Positions 14,126-29,049 of a DNA stretch of 64,000 nucleotides are shown here, in pieces. A program made the translations under genes and the position numbers. The stretch is from Octopus vulgaris (taxonomy: Eukaryota): positions 101,494,001 to 101,558,000 of the forward strand of contig OX597818.1 of assembly GCA_951406725.2 (NCBI GenBank), given 5' to 3'. How positions within the stretch are numbered: the stretch's first letter is position 1; each line of letters begins with the position of its first letter. The notes below the pieces were generated by a model. It made no database searches. It was given only the letters and a program-made list of their open reading frames with translations, and was not told the origin of the DNA.

Positions 14126-15413
14126 ATATATATATAAATGTACGTGTGTGTGTGTGTGTGTGTTTACGAGGGCTGATTATTGAGTATCTGGGCTGTTGCC
14201 ATTGTAACAAACTGGAACGCGAAAAGTAAACCCATTCGGCTAAACTCCACTGCGCCAGCGCATAAAATGTTAGTATTCTAGCCAATTTCCGTGTTGTGCA
14301 GCAGTGCTTTCATGGCATGTGTGTAACTTGCGATCATCGACTTGTAAATGACAGAGTATGTTGAGCAAACAATCTGCATCAAAGCTTGGCGATATGTGCA
14401 AAATATGTTCATAGTTATCGATAGATTAAAGCAGATAATGTGATGATAATGATCTGAACTCAACCGTATATAACGTGCATAACTCGCGTATTGTGATTTT
14501 GTGATTTCCCCTCAAAGATGTACGCATGGCTGCGATATTTTTGTCAGTACTGTTGGTTTCCGTTCTTCGAAAACGTTCCACAATATCGAAATTTTTCGGC
14601 AATCTTTGAAACAATCACACACTATATCAATTCGACTATCAAACGCCACACAACATACATCCAAGTAGTGCAGTAAACAGCGGAGGTAAGCTAGAACGTA
14701 AACCTTAGTGCGCATGCACAGCAGTATTCGGGGTCAATATGTTCCTATCGGCTTTATTCTAAGTTCTTTTGCTTCATTACTTTTGCAACATTCCGGATAC
14801 AAATTTATCAGCCATCATATATATGTCGTCGAATGGAGAGAACTTGAAATACTCACAATAGAAAGCATGAATGAGTGGTGCAATCATTTCAAATTTAACT
14901 TAATGGAGGTCTAGAGTTACAGGATCGAGGGCAGCTATAAGAGCAATCCAGATAAGCTGATATGGAGATAGTGACGCAGACGAGCATGCTTAGTCTTTAT
15001 ATAAGTATATACAGCAACACACATACACAAATACGCACTCACACGCATATATATATATATATATATATATATACATTTGTGACTGTGTGTATGTGTGCGT
15101 ACGTGTGTTTCCGTATGAGTGTGTGTCCATGCTTGTGTATATATATCGAGAGGATCTCTTGATTTTTAGAAGGGATCGAGACTGAAGATACGTCGTATAT
15201 CACTGGGGATATTCATTTTCTTTTTCATTAGAAACAAATGGGTAATGTGTTCCATCCTTCAGTATTTGGAATTGGAAATACTGTATATATTAAAAACAAA
15301 ATAATGCCCAACGTTTTGCGAAACAAATTTGAAACGTGGAAACAACGATTAACGGGTACATAGATGTTGCAAAGGGAATATGACAATATCCATTGTAAAT
15401 GAGGCGTACATAC

Positions 15414-15515
15414 CGAAGCTTTGGAGTTGTCCTTATGGTACTTGTTACCTTATCTTGCAGAATTGTTTTGGTGTCATTTTGAATCTCCTCCGCTGTAGTT
15501 GTATTCAGTGCATTA
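15414..15515 (-). CDS. 102-nt repeat exon, copy 3 (NALNTTTAEEIQNDTKTILQDKVTSTIRTTPKLR)
   Basis: Conserved splice sites; open frame. Confidence 0.65.
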
Positions 15516-16455
15516 CTGGCATTACGGTAAAAAAGGTCATACATTTTATCCATCATTGCTACAGACACCAACAGCATAACTAAACAATAATTGCTTTAAA
15601 CGAAGTATAGATGATAGATTGTAATTAGCATTGACATTGATTAGTCACGTACAAAATATAAAACTTAAGTATTTAGAGCAGCAAATATCAAATCCCCACT
15701 TTACAAAATTCGTTCAATTTCTATGGATATCGGAAAAATCCATTCATAATTTTCCTTACAAGTGGTGTTATCAACGCGTTATGTACCTAGGTTTTAACAT
15801 CAAATACTTCGAGTCACCTTGCGCAGAAATACACTGATCCCAGCGACCCTGCCACATTTGGAATTCGACATGGAATATGTCGTCCGTACGTGTCGAGGAC
15901 CTTCTGCTATTAACTGTGAATCTCAAAAATGGTTTTGAAACGGTGATCTTTATTCTACTTTTCATCGAAGGTATTGGATGGCAGTTCGAAGGAGATACAT
16001 CTTCCAAATGGCAACGATAACAATTTGGTTTTGACGAGAAACTCACAGGTCAGATGTTGTGAAAAATCCAATTCTTTGCACTCCAATATCACGGTCGATT
16101 TTGCCTAATGTCCTATTTCAAAACATCACAATCGAACCCTCGATTAACAGTTTGGATCAAGGTATCCGATATCACCCTTACCAACAAAAAATAACAATAA
16201 TAGCGATAACCAATTACAACTATGAATTTATCTACTTGATAAGACATTCACTCGTGAATTTCACCACACACAACATGGACAAAATTTCTTCTGAAGAAAA
16301 TATACATATTCAAATAAGTGAAACATAATATCATGAATAGCGATAGCGAAACTTGTCGATATATGAAAAATTATAATAAAACTATGTAATTATGAATGTT
16401 TTCCTTTTTTATTTTCTTATATATATATATATTTATATATATATATATATATATG

Positions 16456-16511
<56 letters not shown>

Positions 16512-16594
16512 TGTATCTAAATACATATATATATATATATATATATGTATATGTATATATACATATATATTTATGCATATGAATATATAGACAA

Positions 16595-16634
<40 letters not shown>

Positions 16635-17896
16635 GTGCGTGTGTGTTTACGAGGGCTGATTATTAAGTATCTGGGCTGTTGCCATGGTTACAAACTGTAA
16701 CGCGAAATGTAAAGTCACTTGGCCAAACTCTACTGCGCCTGCGCATAAAACTTTAGTATTCTAGCCAATTTCCGCGTTGTGCATTAGTGTTTACATGGCA
16801 TGTGTGTAACTTGCGATCGCCGCCTTGTAAATGACAGAGTATGTTGAGCAAACAATCTGCATCAAAGCTTGGCGATATTTGCAAAAAATTTTCATAGTTA
16901 TCGATAGATTAAAGCAGATAATGTGATGATAATGTGATGATAATGATCTGAACTCAACCGTATATAACCTGCATAACTCGCGTGTTGTGATTTTGTGATT
17001 TCCCCTCAAAGCTGTACGCATGGCTGCGATATTTTTGTCAGTACTTTTGGTTGCGGTTCCCAGGAAACGTTCCAAAATATCGATATGTTTCCGACATCTT
17101 TGAAACAATACCACATTATATCAATTCGACTATCAAACGCCACCCACCTTACATCCAAGTAGTGCTGTAAACAGCGGGAGTAAGCTACAGTTTAAACCTT
17201 AGTGCGCATGCACAGCAGTATTCGGGGTCAATATGTTCCTATGGGCTTTATTCTAAGTTCTTTTGCTTCATTACTTTTGCAACATTCCGGATACAAATTC
17301 ATCAGCCATCATATATATGCCGTCGAATGGAGAGAACTTGAAATACTCAGAATAGAAAACATGAATGAGTGGTGCAATCATTTCGAATTTAGTTTCATTG
17401 AGGTCTAAACATACAGGATCGAGAGCAGCGATAAGAGATAATCCAGATGAGCTGATATGGAGATAGTGACACAGATAAGCATGGTTAGTTTTTATATAAA
17501 TACATACAACACACATACGCAATGACGCACTCACACGCATGTATATATATATATATATTTGTGAGTGTGTGTATGTGTGCGTGCGTGTGTCTCCGTATGA
17601 GTGTGTGTCCATGCTTGTGTATATATATCGAGAGGATCTCTTAATTTTTAGAAGGGATCGAGACCTGAAGATATGTCGTATATCACTGCGGATATTCATG
17701 TTCTTTTACATTAGAAACAAATGGGTGATGTGTTGTACCCTTCATAATTTGGAATTGCAAATACTGTATATATTAAAAACAAAATAATGCCTAACGTTTT
17801 GCTAAGCAAATTTGAAACGTGGAAACAACGTTTCACGGGTACATAGATGTTGCAAAGGGAATATGACAATATCCATTGTAAATGAGGCGTACATAC

Positions 17897-17998
17897 CGAA
17901 GCTTTGGAGTTGTCCTTATGGTACTTGTTACCTCATCTTGCAGAATTGTTTTGGTGTCATTTTGAATCTCCTCCACTGTAGTTGAATTCAGTGCATTA
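17897..17998 (-). CDS. 102-nt repeat exon, copy 2 (NALNSTTVEEIQNDTKTILQDEVTSTIRTTPKLR)
   Basis: Conserved splice sites; open frame. Confidence 0.65.
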
Positions 17999-18636
17999 CT
18001 GGCATTAAGGAAAAAAATTCATACATTTTATCCATCATTGCTACATACACCAGCAGCATAACTAAACAATAATTGCTTTAAACAAAGTATAGATGGTAGA
18101 TTGTAATTAGCATTGACAATGATTAGTCACGTACAAAATTTAAAACTTAAGTATTTAGAGCAGCAAATATCAAAACCCCACTTTCAAAATTCGTTCATTT
18201 TCTATGGATATCGGAAAAATCCATACATAATTTTCCTTACAAGTGGTGCTATCAACGCGTTATGTACCTAGGTTTTAACATCATATACTTCGAGTCACCT
18301 TGCGCAGAAATATACTGATCCCAGCCTCCCTGCCACTTTTGGAATCCGACCTGGAATACGTAATCCGTACGTGTCGAGGACCTTCTGCTATTAACTGTGA
18401 ATCTCGACAACGGTTTTGAAACGGTGATCTTTGTCCTACTTTTCATCGAAGTGAATGGATGGAAGCTCGAAGGAGATAAATCTACCAAATGGCATTGTTG
18501 AAACAGCGATAACATTTTGGTTTTGACGAGAAACTCACAGGTCAGATGTGGTGAAAAAACCAATTCTTTGCACTCGATATATTAAAAATTATAATAAAAC
18601 TATGTAATTGTGCATATTTTCCTTTTTTAATTTCTT

Positions 18637-18680
<44 letters not shown>

Positions 18681-18699
18681 GCATATCTATATTTACACA

Positions 18700-18748
<49 letters not shown>

Positions 18749-20236
18749 CGGGAAGCTTTATGAAAATATACAAAAGACGAAGGCAGGTGGAAAACAAACG
18801 AACAATTGTATTAGTATGGCGCTCAGGAAATATAAATAAAACAAGTCTTTAACGTTTCGAGCCTACGCTCTTCAACAGAAAGATACACAGAGAGAGAAAA
18901 ACACAGAAAGAAGGAGAGAAAAAAATGCGTGCAGTAGCTAACGAATCAACATGGCGATATATATATATAAATGTACGTGTGTGTGTGTGTGTGTGTTTAC
19001 GAGGGCTGATTATTGAGTATCTGGGCTGTTGCCATTGTAACAAACTGGAACGCGAAAAGTAAACCCATTCGGCTAAACTCCACTGCGCCAGCGCATAAAA
19101 TGTTAGTATTCTAGCCAATTTCCGTGTTGTGCAGCAGTGCTTTCATGGCATGTGTGTAACTTGCGATCATCGACTTGTAAATGACAGAGTATGTTGAGCA
19201 AACAATCTGCATCAAAGCTTGGCGATATGTGCAAAATATGTTCATAGTTATCGATAGATTAAAGCAGATAATGTGATGATAATGATCTGAACTCAACCGT
19301 ATATAACGTGCATAACTCGCGTATTGTGATTTTGTGATTTCCCCTCAAAGATGTACGCATGGCTGCGATATTTTTGTCAGTACTGTTGGTTTCCGTTCTT
19401 CGAAAACGTTCCGCAATATCGAAATTTTTCGGCAATCTTTGAAACAATCACACACTATATCAATTCGACTATCAAACGCCACACAACATACATCCAAGTA
19501 GTGCAGTAAACAGCGGAGGTAAGCTAGAACGTAAACCTTAGTGCGCATGCACAGCAGTATTCGGGGTCAATATGTTCCTATCGGCTTTATTCTAAGTTCT
19601 TTTGCTTCATTACTTTTGCAACATTCCGGATACAAATTTTTCAGCCATCATATATATGTCGTCGAATGGAGAGAACTTGAAATACTCACAATAGAAAGCA
19701 TGAATGAGTGGTGCAATCATTTCAAATTTAACATAATGGAGGTTTTGAAACGGTGATCTTTGTTCTACTTTCATCGAAGTTATTGGATGGAAGCTCGAAG
19801 GAGATAAATCTTCCAAATGGCATTGGTGCAGCAGCGATAACATTGTGGTTTTGACGAGAAACTCACAGGTCAGATGTGGTGAAAAATCCAATTCTTTGCA
19901 CTCCAAAAACACGGTCGATTTTACCGAATGCCCTATTTCAAAACATCGCAATCGACCCCTCGATTAGCAGTTTGGATCAAGGTATCCGATATCACCCTCA
20001 ACAACAAAAATAACAATAATAGCGATAACCAATTACATCCATGTATTTATCTACTTGAAAAGACATTCACTCGTGAATTTCACCACAGACAACATGGACA
20101 ACATTTCTTCTGAAGAAAATATACATATTCAAATAAGTAAAACATAACAACATGAATAGCGACAGCGAAACTTCTCGATATATGAAAAATTATAATAAAA
20201 CTATGTAATTGTGCGTGTTTTCCTTTTTTAATTTCT

Positions 20237-20305
<69 letters not shown>

Positions 20306-20321
20306 ATCTATATAAATATAT

Positions 20322-20357
<36 letters not shown>

Positions 20358-21059
20358 TATGCATATGTATATATAGACAAAAATACATGTATATATTTAT
20401 ATATATATATATATATATAAATGTATGTGTGTGTGTGTGTTTACGAGGGCTGATTATTGTGTATCTGGCCTGTTGCCATGGTAACAAACTGTAACGCGAA
20501 AAGTAAACACATTTGGCCAAACTCTACTGCGCCTGCGCATAGAACTTTAGTATTCTAGCCAATTTCTGTTGATTGCGGTTCTCCGAAACGTTCCGCAATA
20601 TCGACATTTTTCGGCCATCTTTGAAACAATCACACACTATATCAATTCGACTATCAAACGCCACACACCTGACATCCAAGTAGTGCTGTAAACAGCGAGA
20701 GTAAGCTAGAGTTCAAACCTTAGTGCGCATGCACAGCAGTATTCGGGGTCAATATGTTCCTATCGCCTTTATTCTAAGTTCTTTTGCTTCATTACTTTTG
20801 CAACATTTCGTATACAAATTCATCAGCCATCATATATATGCCGTCGAATGGAGAAAACTTGAAATACTCACAATAGAAAACATGAATGAGTGGTGCAATC
20901 ATTTCAAATTTAACTTAATGGAGGTCTAGTGTTACAGGATCGAGGGCAGTTATAAAAGATAATCCAGATTAGCTGATATGGAGATAGTGACGCAGACGAG
21001 CATGCTTAGTCTGTATATAAGTACATACAGCAACACACATACGCAAATACGCACTCACA

Positions 21060-21112
<53 letters not shown>

Positions 21113-21448
21113 TTGTGAGTGTGTGTATGTGTGCGTGCGTGTGTCTCCGTATGAGTGTGTTTCCATGCTTGTGTATATATGTCGAGAGGGTCTCTTACTT
21201 TTTAGAAAGAATGGAGACCTGAATATATGGCGTATACACTATGGAAATTAATTTCTTTTTCATTAGTAACAAATGGGTGATGTGTTGCATCCTGCAGTAT
21301 TTGGAATTGCAAATACTGTATATATTAAAAATAAAATAATACCCAACATGTTGCTAAACAAATTTGAAACGTGGAAACAACGATTCACGGGTACATAGAT
21401 GTTGCAAATGGAATATGACAATATGCGTTGTAAATGAGGCGTACATAC

Positions 21449-21550
21449 CGAAGCTTTGGAGTTGTACTTATGGTGCTTGTTACCTCATCTTTTAGAGTTG
21501 TTTTGATGTCATTTTGAATCTCATCCTCTGTAGTTGAATTCAGTGCATTA
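21449..21550 (-). CDS. 102-nt repeat exon, copy 1 (NALNSTTEDEIQNDIKTTLKDEVTSTISTTPKLR)
   Basis: Acceptor tttttttccttaatgccag|, donor |gtatgt. Most diverged copy, still open. Confidence 0.68.
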
Positions 21551-23258
21551 CTGGCATTAAGGAAAAAAAGGTCATACATTTTATCCATCATTGCTACAGA
21601 CAGCAGCAGCATAATTAAGCAATAATTGCTTTAAACAAAATATACATGGTAGATTGTAATTAGTATTGACAATGATTAATCACGTACAAAATATAAAACT
21701 TAAGTATTTAGAGCAGCAAATATCAAAACCCCACTTTACAAAATTCGTTTAATTTCTATGGATAATGTAAAAATTCATACATAATTTTCCTTATAAGTGG
21801 TGCTATCAACACGTTATGTACCTAGGTTTTAACATCATATACTTCTAGTTACCTTGCGCAGAAATACACTGTTACCAGCGTCCCTGCTACTTTTGGAATT
21901 CGGCCTGGATTTCGTCGTCCGTACGTGAGTTGAGGACCTTCTGCTATTAACTGTGAATCTCGACAACGGTTTTGAAACGGTGATCTTTGTTCTACTTTTC
22001 ATAGAAGTGAAGGGATGAAAGCCCGAAGGAGATAAATCTTGCAAATAGGACTGGTGAAAAAACGTATTCCTTCTCATGGTAGAATAGCAGACTACTGCAT
22101 ATACGCGACCGCATAAGAACAAAGTTCAGACGTCGGGAAGTAAACACTGTGATGTTATACGGTACGTTGGTTCATGATGGTCACTTCACCCTGATGGCGC
22201 GAAGACAGCTACTCCGTGGATATTTTCATACAACCTCGTACAACAGTTAGATGAGCAGTGGAATACCGACATTCTGGCGTTTGATATTAAGGGTATAAGT
22301 CTGCGAACTGATGGATAAATGTCAGTTCATTACAACTGTTTCTTACACACTTTTTAGAAAAAAATTAGAATATGTAAATTCAAAACAACGTAATAGTCGG
22401 ATGAAACATAATTCCAAGCGATAGGATATCCCAAGAACACAGTGGAAACATGCCTGAGGTCAGCCGAAGGTGACCGTGAAATAGGAGCAAGAAGGAAAAA
22501 AAAGCTGTTACGGTCATTAACAAGTGGAGTGAGAATGTTTAATATGACATTTATGGTCCGTGAGACCAGCTAGAGGAAATAAATTTGGAATTAGCTAAGC
22601 TGGTTTATTTCAGATACGGGAGAAGATGTGTAGACAATTATAGTGTAATTTATTATATTAGACTTACAAAAGTGTGTATTAGGGATTGAACGGAAGAAGG
22701 GAAAGATAAATAAAAACAAAAATATCCATAATAAAAACCAATTGAGTGCAGGACGAGAGAGCATCAATCCCTTGTAAATATTAAAGTTTGAAGATAAGAG
22801 AAGGGTGAGTCAGAGAATTACAATGGAAAGTGGTTGTCTGCAGTGGATTGTAGTAGGTAACACAAATGTTTAGTTCTAGCAATTCTGGAATGGTAGTGTT
22901 TTATACGATTATTTTATTTGGCAGAGAAAAAAGGGGTAGGATGTTAATATAGAGACTAATACGATATTTGGTATAGTGAAATCCAGTTGTAATAAATGGA
23001 CGAAATTGCCTGGGAAAGGAATTACTACATCTACAAATGATGTGTCGGGAAATATCGGGTAGTAGTAATATTGTACTAGCCATAAGTTCAATTAAGGATT
23101 TCGAGGTATAAAATAGTTATCTAATATATAATATGATAATGAATAACCGGGGTATACCAGAAGGGTATATATCGAAGTAATCCAGTAGGTAGCAGATTAT
23201 TTATTAACTGTTTAGGGTGTTATAGGAGGCGCTAATCCCATTTGGTAACACATTATAA

Positions 23259-23348
23259 ATTGACAAGTAATATTCGTAGCTACTTTAACATGGCTTTCCG
23301 TTCGAGCGGAAAGCTATGTTAAAGTGGCTACGAATGTTACTTTTCAAT
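23259..23348 (+). repeat. 90-bp near-perfect palindrome / hairpin
   Basis: attgacaagtaatattcgtagctactttaacatggctttccg pairs with cggaaagctatgttaaagtggctacgaatgttacttttcaat. Confidence 0.9.
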
Positions 23349-26300
23349 GCATCTTCTATTTATAAGACTTTTGATAGATTTTATAAATAGTATAAATTGC
23401 TATTATATAAATCAAGTAGGCTACCTTAAACCGATAGTCGTGGATAAGAAGACTTTATATATACCTTCATTATCGTGTGCAGCGCATATAACTAGCTTGG
23501 TGTGAGAGCTATTTTCTTAGCGGAATAGAAATGAAACTCGATAGGGTGAGTAGGTTGCTATTTTGTGGACTAGATACAATTCAATCGTAAATGCGTAATA
23601 CTAGGTCAAATATAATAGTAGAATATCTACATGAAAGTCGCATACCATTCAAAACCACAAACTATTCAAATAATGTTAAAATAGTTTATAAATGATAAGG
23701 GATAGGATGTATAGGAAAAGGAAAATTAAACGACAACAAGGTCGATTGGGTAGATTAATTCACTAAGTGTTTACATAAAAGCAGTGGTGTTACCGAAGCT
23801 GGTTAGCCGCAGGCTAAGACCTAAAATATAGATTATGTAATGTCCTTAAAATATTTGATATTATGGCTTACTTTGTGGATACAGTAAAGACGAAAATACA
23901 AGTTATTATTAATTAGATTTTGCAGCATAGTCTGCACCGTTATCTGGACGTGTGTGAGTGAGAGAAAGAGAGAGATAGAGAGGGTGTGTGTGTGTGAGAG
24001 AGAGAAAGGAGACTGAGTGAGTGAGTGAGTGAGTCCGAGAATGAAGGAGCGTGCTGTGATGTATTAAGTGTTTTCTATGTATTTGTACGTCTCTCTCTCT
24101 CTCTTTCTCTGTTTTTTACTTATACACATACACATTATCTTTCATATACATTTACATAAGTGGAGGTAAAGAATACACACACCACCCGTTTTCGCTGTAA
24201 ACCTAAACGTAATCACCGGGTGTGCATATTCTTTACCTTCGTCCATAAATGCATATGTATACATCTTTTTTTGTGCTTGATGGAGAAAGAGGAAGTTAAT
24301 GTATTTCCTCATAACCTATAGAGAAATGGATATCTTTTAATGCAATTTTTTTGGTTGTGGCTTATTGTAATACAGTATTTATGTGTACATTTTCATAAAT
24401 AGTTTCCCGAGTAGAAGTTTACGCATGCGTGAGACATCGGACGACAATGAAACTTTAGAAGCAAATTGAAATGTTGTCCCAAACTTACCACAAAATTGTA
24501 CGACCGGCGTAGTTGCCGAGGTTATATTAGTTGTAAAAATGAGTTGTTGAGTGAAAAACATAGTTTATTTAGTAGATAGGTAATAAGCTGTGGCTGTTTC
24601 GCGTTGGCTATGATTCGTAAAGTCTTTCAATGGTGTCAACGAACTCTCATACGGATCAGCTGTTTTATTCGTTAATTTCCGTATCTTTTTATTTATTTAC
24701 TTTTGTTTTAAAGTGAAAGAGAGAAAATGAGAAGATGTCTGAACATGTATATGCGCGTGTGTTTGTGTGTGTGTATGAGAGAGAAAGAGTGAGTACCACC
24801 TACAAATACATAAGAACACACATGTTCACTCCTTCACACGCTATCTGTCATGCACACACACGCATATGTACATAAAAAAATGTATGCATATATACTCATG
24901 TAGGTGCGTATACTTGACAAAACACCCCTTCAGTCACTTTTCCCAATCTCTCTTCCTCGCTTCCTCTCTCTCTCACGCACACGTCAATTTCATATACACG
25001 TACATACACATTTCATTTTCTCTTCTCTTTCACTGTAAGAAAAAAGCAAATGAATAACATAATTTACGGAAATTAACGAATACAGATAACAGCTCGGCAA
25101 GTCGAACTAATCACATCTGTATTATAATACAGATGTGACTAGTTCGGAGAAACATTGCTTTCCTTTTTCTCACATCATCAGTCTCCTAATCGAACACTGT
25201 CATTTTGGTTGAAATTGAAAATATGAAACTATATTCACATTCTAATGAAAACTAGTCGTTGAAACCTTCAATATCAGCGCGTTTTACTCTTGGGGAAAGT
25301 TACGTATATATGCTAAGACAAACACACACTCAGAGGAATACATTCAACGCACACCTGAAGCCTATCTCTATCCCCGTGTGTGTGTGCCTGTCTGTCTTTA
25401 GATGTATGTGTATGTCAGTCGTCACAAAACTCTTTGTAAACTGACAGACACAAACACCGTCACACACATATATTTGTCACTCATCGACCTAACGTACGTA
25501 ACGAAAGTACGAACACATGTAGAAAATGTGTCGTCATCGGCGTTGTTGTGGTGGTGGTAAAAGACGTCGTTTACGTCTTCTGAGTAAAAGAAAAATGATA
25601 ATCTTCAATTTTTGTAAGGCAAAGAAGTGAACGAAAATATAGTTTAGTTAGTAGCATAAAGCTTACTTAATCTTTTCATAGTCCATGCGCCAAAAACGGC
25701 AACTCGGTTTTGGGACACATAAGGAACATACGTACACACACACGCGCACACACAAACACATTGACTTTTATATATAAATAGATTGGGATTTTAATAACTG
25801 ATGTTCGTATATATATATATATATATATATATATCAGTTTGAATATTAAACAATTTTGCTACTGATTACTAAAGGTATGTAATGCAGCTACTTGGAAAAA
25901 TCAGTTCGTGTAAAAGATCTCTTTTGAAATATCTTATCCAAGCAGGCAAGAAAAGCAAAAATGCTGATAGATACTCAAAATATATATTTAAGAAAACCCT
26001 ACTTTGTGATATTATGTATATCAGACAGTGTGCCTTCAAGCTAAATGCACAATATACATATTAATACAAAAGTCAAGTTTGATGTTTGATTAAATGTACA
26101 TAAAGTTTAGATCGAAAGATAAGCAGTACCGTTTTATATATGTATATTTTGATTTAATTTTTCTAATTTGTGCATGTTGTACAAATATAAACGTTTGTTC
26201 ATGCAAAACTGGAATGACAGAGAATATGTGTCTTGACTAAGCAATTGTAAATGAATGTACATATTTTTTTAGGACTTTGAACTTTAAAATCATTTTTTCA

Positions 26301-26498
26301 TTGTTTAACGATTTGCATTTCCTCCACTATTTTCTTATCTTTTCCATCCTAATTCACCAAATTGACATCTAAAAATGTTTCTTTGTGAGAAAATGTGTTT
26401 ATTAGCTAATATGTTGATAGGTATACAATAAAAAGGAAAAAGAAAAAAAAATTCATTTGTAATGAAATTTCCAAGGATTGTTAACATCAAATTCAAAA

Positions 26499-26532
<34 letters not shown>

Positions 26533-27364
26533 TCATCTATCCTTTCTCCATCATTTATTATTTCTTGATTGTCATGACACCTCTCTCTCTGCCTATTCCC
26601 TACTCTTTCTTTTTTTCTTTCTCTCCTTTTTGTCTTTCCCTCCTTTTCCCCAAAAAGAAAACTACTTCGCTCTAGTATTAAACAAATTCAAAAAGCATCG
26701 GATACATATAAATGCACAACGAAATGTTCTATTTTTAACGTTTTGATTTTGATTTTGTCGTGACGAGTTCGATAAACAAACGAAAGCGCTAGTAAAATTC
26801 CGACTACTTCTTTTTCTCAATATACAATATCTATAAACTACTTTAAATACTCAAAGCCTACACGCACAAACACACACACTCACAAACACACAAAAACATA
26901 TGTATACACTCAAACACACACACACATACATACTTATACATTTACTGTGGCTGTGTGTTCAGTGCTTATATCCTCAACACCACTTGATAATTGATGTTAT
27001 TGTGTTTACGTTCAAGTAACCTAGAGTTTCGTTATAAGAGGTCAATAACAAATGGACCAGGAATAAACAAAAAGAATAGGTGTCGCTCTGTTCCATAAAA
27101 TTTCTTCAAGCCTGTGCCCAGTGTAATTGCAGTCTGATGACTGAAAATGTTAAGAGAACCCCTGAAATCCGTAGTAAAAATTTAAGCAAAGGGAGATAAC
27201 ACTTATTCGACTTTCACGCTAATATTGTAGCCTTGAAAACTCTAGCAGCTAATTTACATGTTAGAAATAACAACCGAAATGGTTTTAAATCAGATGCCAA
27301 TTCTCCATATTCGAGAAGCAAATTAATTCCTGATTTTTAAACCCCGATCATCCAGATTTCAATA

Positions 27365-27547
<183 letters not shown>

Positions 27548-27575
27548 ACAAATTTAGACAAAATTCAATTTGTAC

Positions 27576-27733
<158 letters not shown>

Positions 27734-27939
27734 ACAAATTTAGACAAAATTCGGTTTGTACTAAATATATATATATATATATAAAATAAATATAAGAGAG
27801 TGGTCACTATATTGCTCACTCTAGCACCAGTTAATCCAAAAGGTTTCAACCACGAAAATACATGCTTACCATGAAAGTCAGTACGATTGTTAGCTCACAC
27901 GGACAGGGCAAATAAAAAATAACAAAAATACAGATTATT

Positions 27940-28018
27940 TTGGGACAATTGTTTCGCTATTAATGAATTAAATGTAATTTTACTTACAAAAAAAATCCAT
28001 TTGTAGCTCGTCAGCCAA
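27940..28018 (-). ncRNA. Type I hammerhead ribozyme
   Basis: ttgg-CTGACGA-gcta...tagc-GAAA-caattg-TC-ccaa; palindromic stem III (acaattgt); GUC triplet. Confidence 0.8.
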
Positions 28019-28475
28019 GACTATCTGGATGAAATCCACTCAATCACACGCCAGATTTTACCATAACAATAAATACGCGTGTGGTTCAATTGATTACATC
28101 CGACGTTATAATTCAAATGCCCCAACCAACAGCGCGCCAAACTTTCACGGAAAACAAATACAGCATTTAGAAATAAATGCAGCATAATTATAATTAATTA
28201 ATAAGGGTGAGAGAATTAGATACTAATTTAATAGTATATTTATTCAACACCAAGTGGCCTAGTTCTTCGAGAAACCTGGATTATTATAATATTTTATAAC
28301 ATATTATAATATTTTTACAAAATAAATATAAGAGAGTGGTCACTATATTGCTCACTCTAGCACCAGTTAATCCAAAAGGTTTCAACCACGAAAATACATG
28401 CTTACCATGAAAGTCAGTACGATTGTTAGCTCACACGGACAGGGCAAATAAAAAATAACAAAAATACAGATTATT

Positions 28476-28554
28476 TTCGGACAATTGTTTCGCTATTAAT
28501 GAATTAAATGTAATTTTACTTACAAAAAAAATCCATTTGTAGCTCGTCAGCCAA
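28476..28554 (-). ncRNA. Type I hammerhead ribozyme, second copy (one stem I mismatch)
   Basis: Same motif 536 bp away; the 3' strand of stem I is cgaa instead of ccaa. Confidence 0.7.
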
Positions 28555-28998
28555 GACTATCTGGATGAAATCCACTCAATCACACGCCAGATTTTACCAT
28601 AACGATAAATACGCGTGTGGTTCAATTGATTACATCCGCCGTTATAATTCAAATGCCCCAACCAACAGCGCGCCAAACTTTCACGGAAAACAAATACAGC
28701 ATTTAGAAATAAATGCAGCATAATTATAATTAATTAATAAGGGTGAGAGAATTAGATACTAATTTAATAGTATATTTATTCAACACCAAGTGGCCTAGTG
28801 CTTCGAGAAACCTGGATTATTATAATATTTTATAACATATTATAATATTTTTACAAAATAAATATAAGAGAGTGGTCACTATATTGCTCACTCTAGCACC
28901 AGTTAATCCAAAAGGTTTCAACCACGAAAATACATGCTTACCATGAAAGTCAGTACGATTGTTAGCTATATATATATATATATTTATTATATAGAAGG

Positions 28999-29049
28999 AG
29001 CTCCTACAGGACTAGAACTGTTTCATTCAAGAGAAATCTTCAGGAAGCT
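28999..29049 (-). ncRNA. Type I hammerhead ribozyme
   Basis: agcttc-CTGAAGA-tttc tctt gaat-GAAA-cag..ctg-TA-ggagct. Confidence 0.75.

Larger units (their letters stand above)
27783..28967 (-). mobile_element. Tandem Penelope-type pseudo-LTRs (536-bp unit x ~2.2)
   Basis: Near-identical direct units start at ~27783, 28319 and 28855. Each full unit carries a hammerhead; flanks are (TA)n. Confidence 0.8.

Noticed and set aside
25103-25146. 44-bp palindrome
   Set aside because: It lies among Helitron/MITE-like remnants with other inverted repeats; no independent sign of function.
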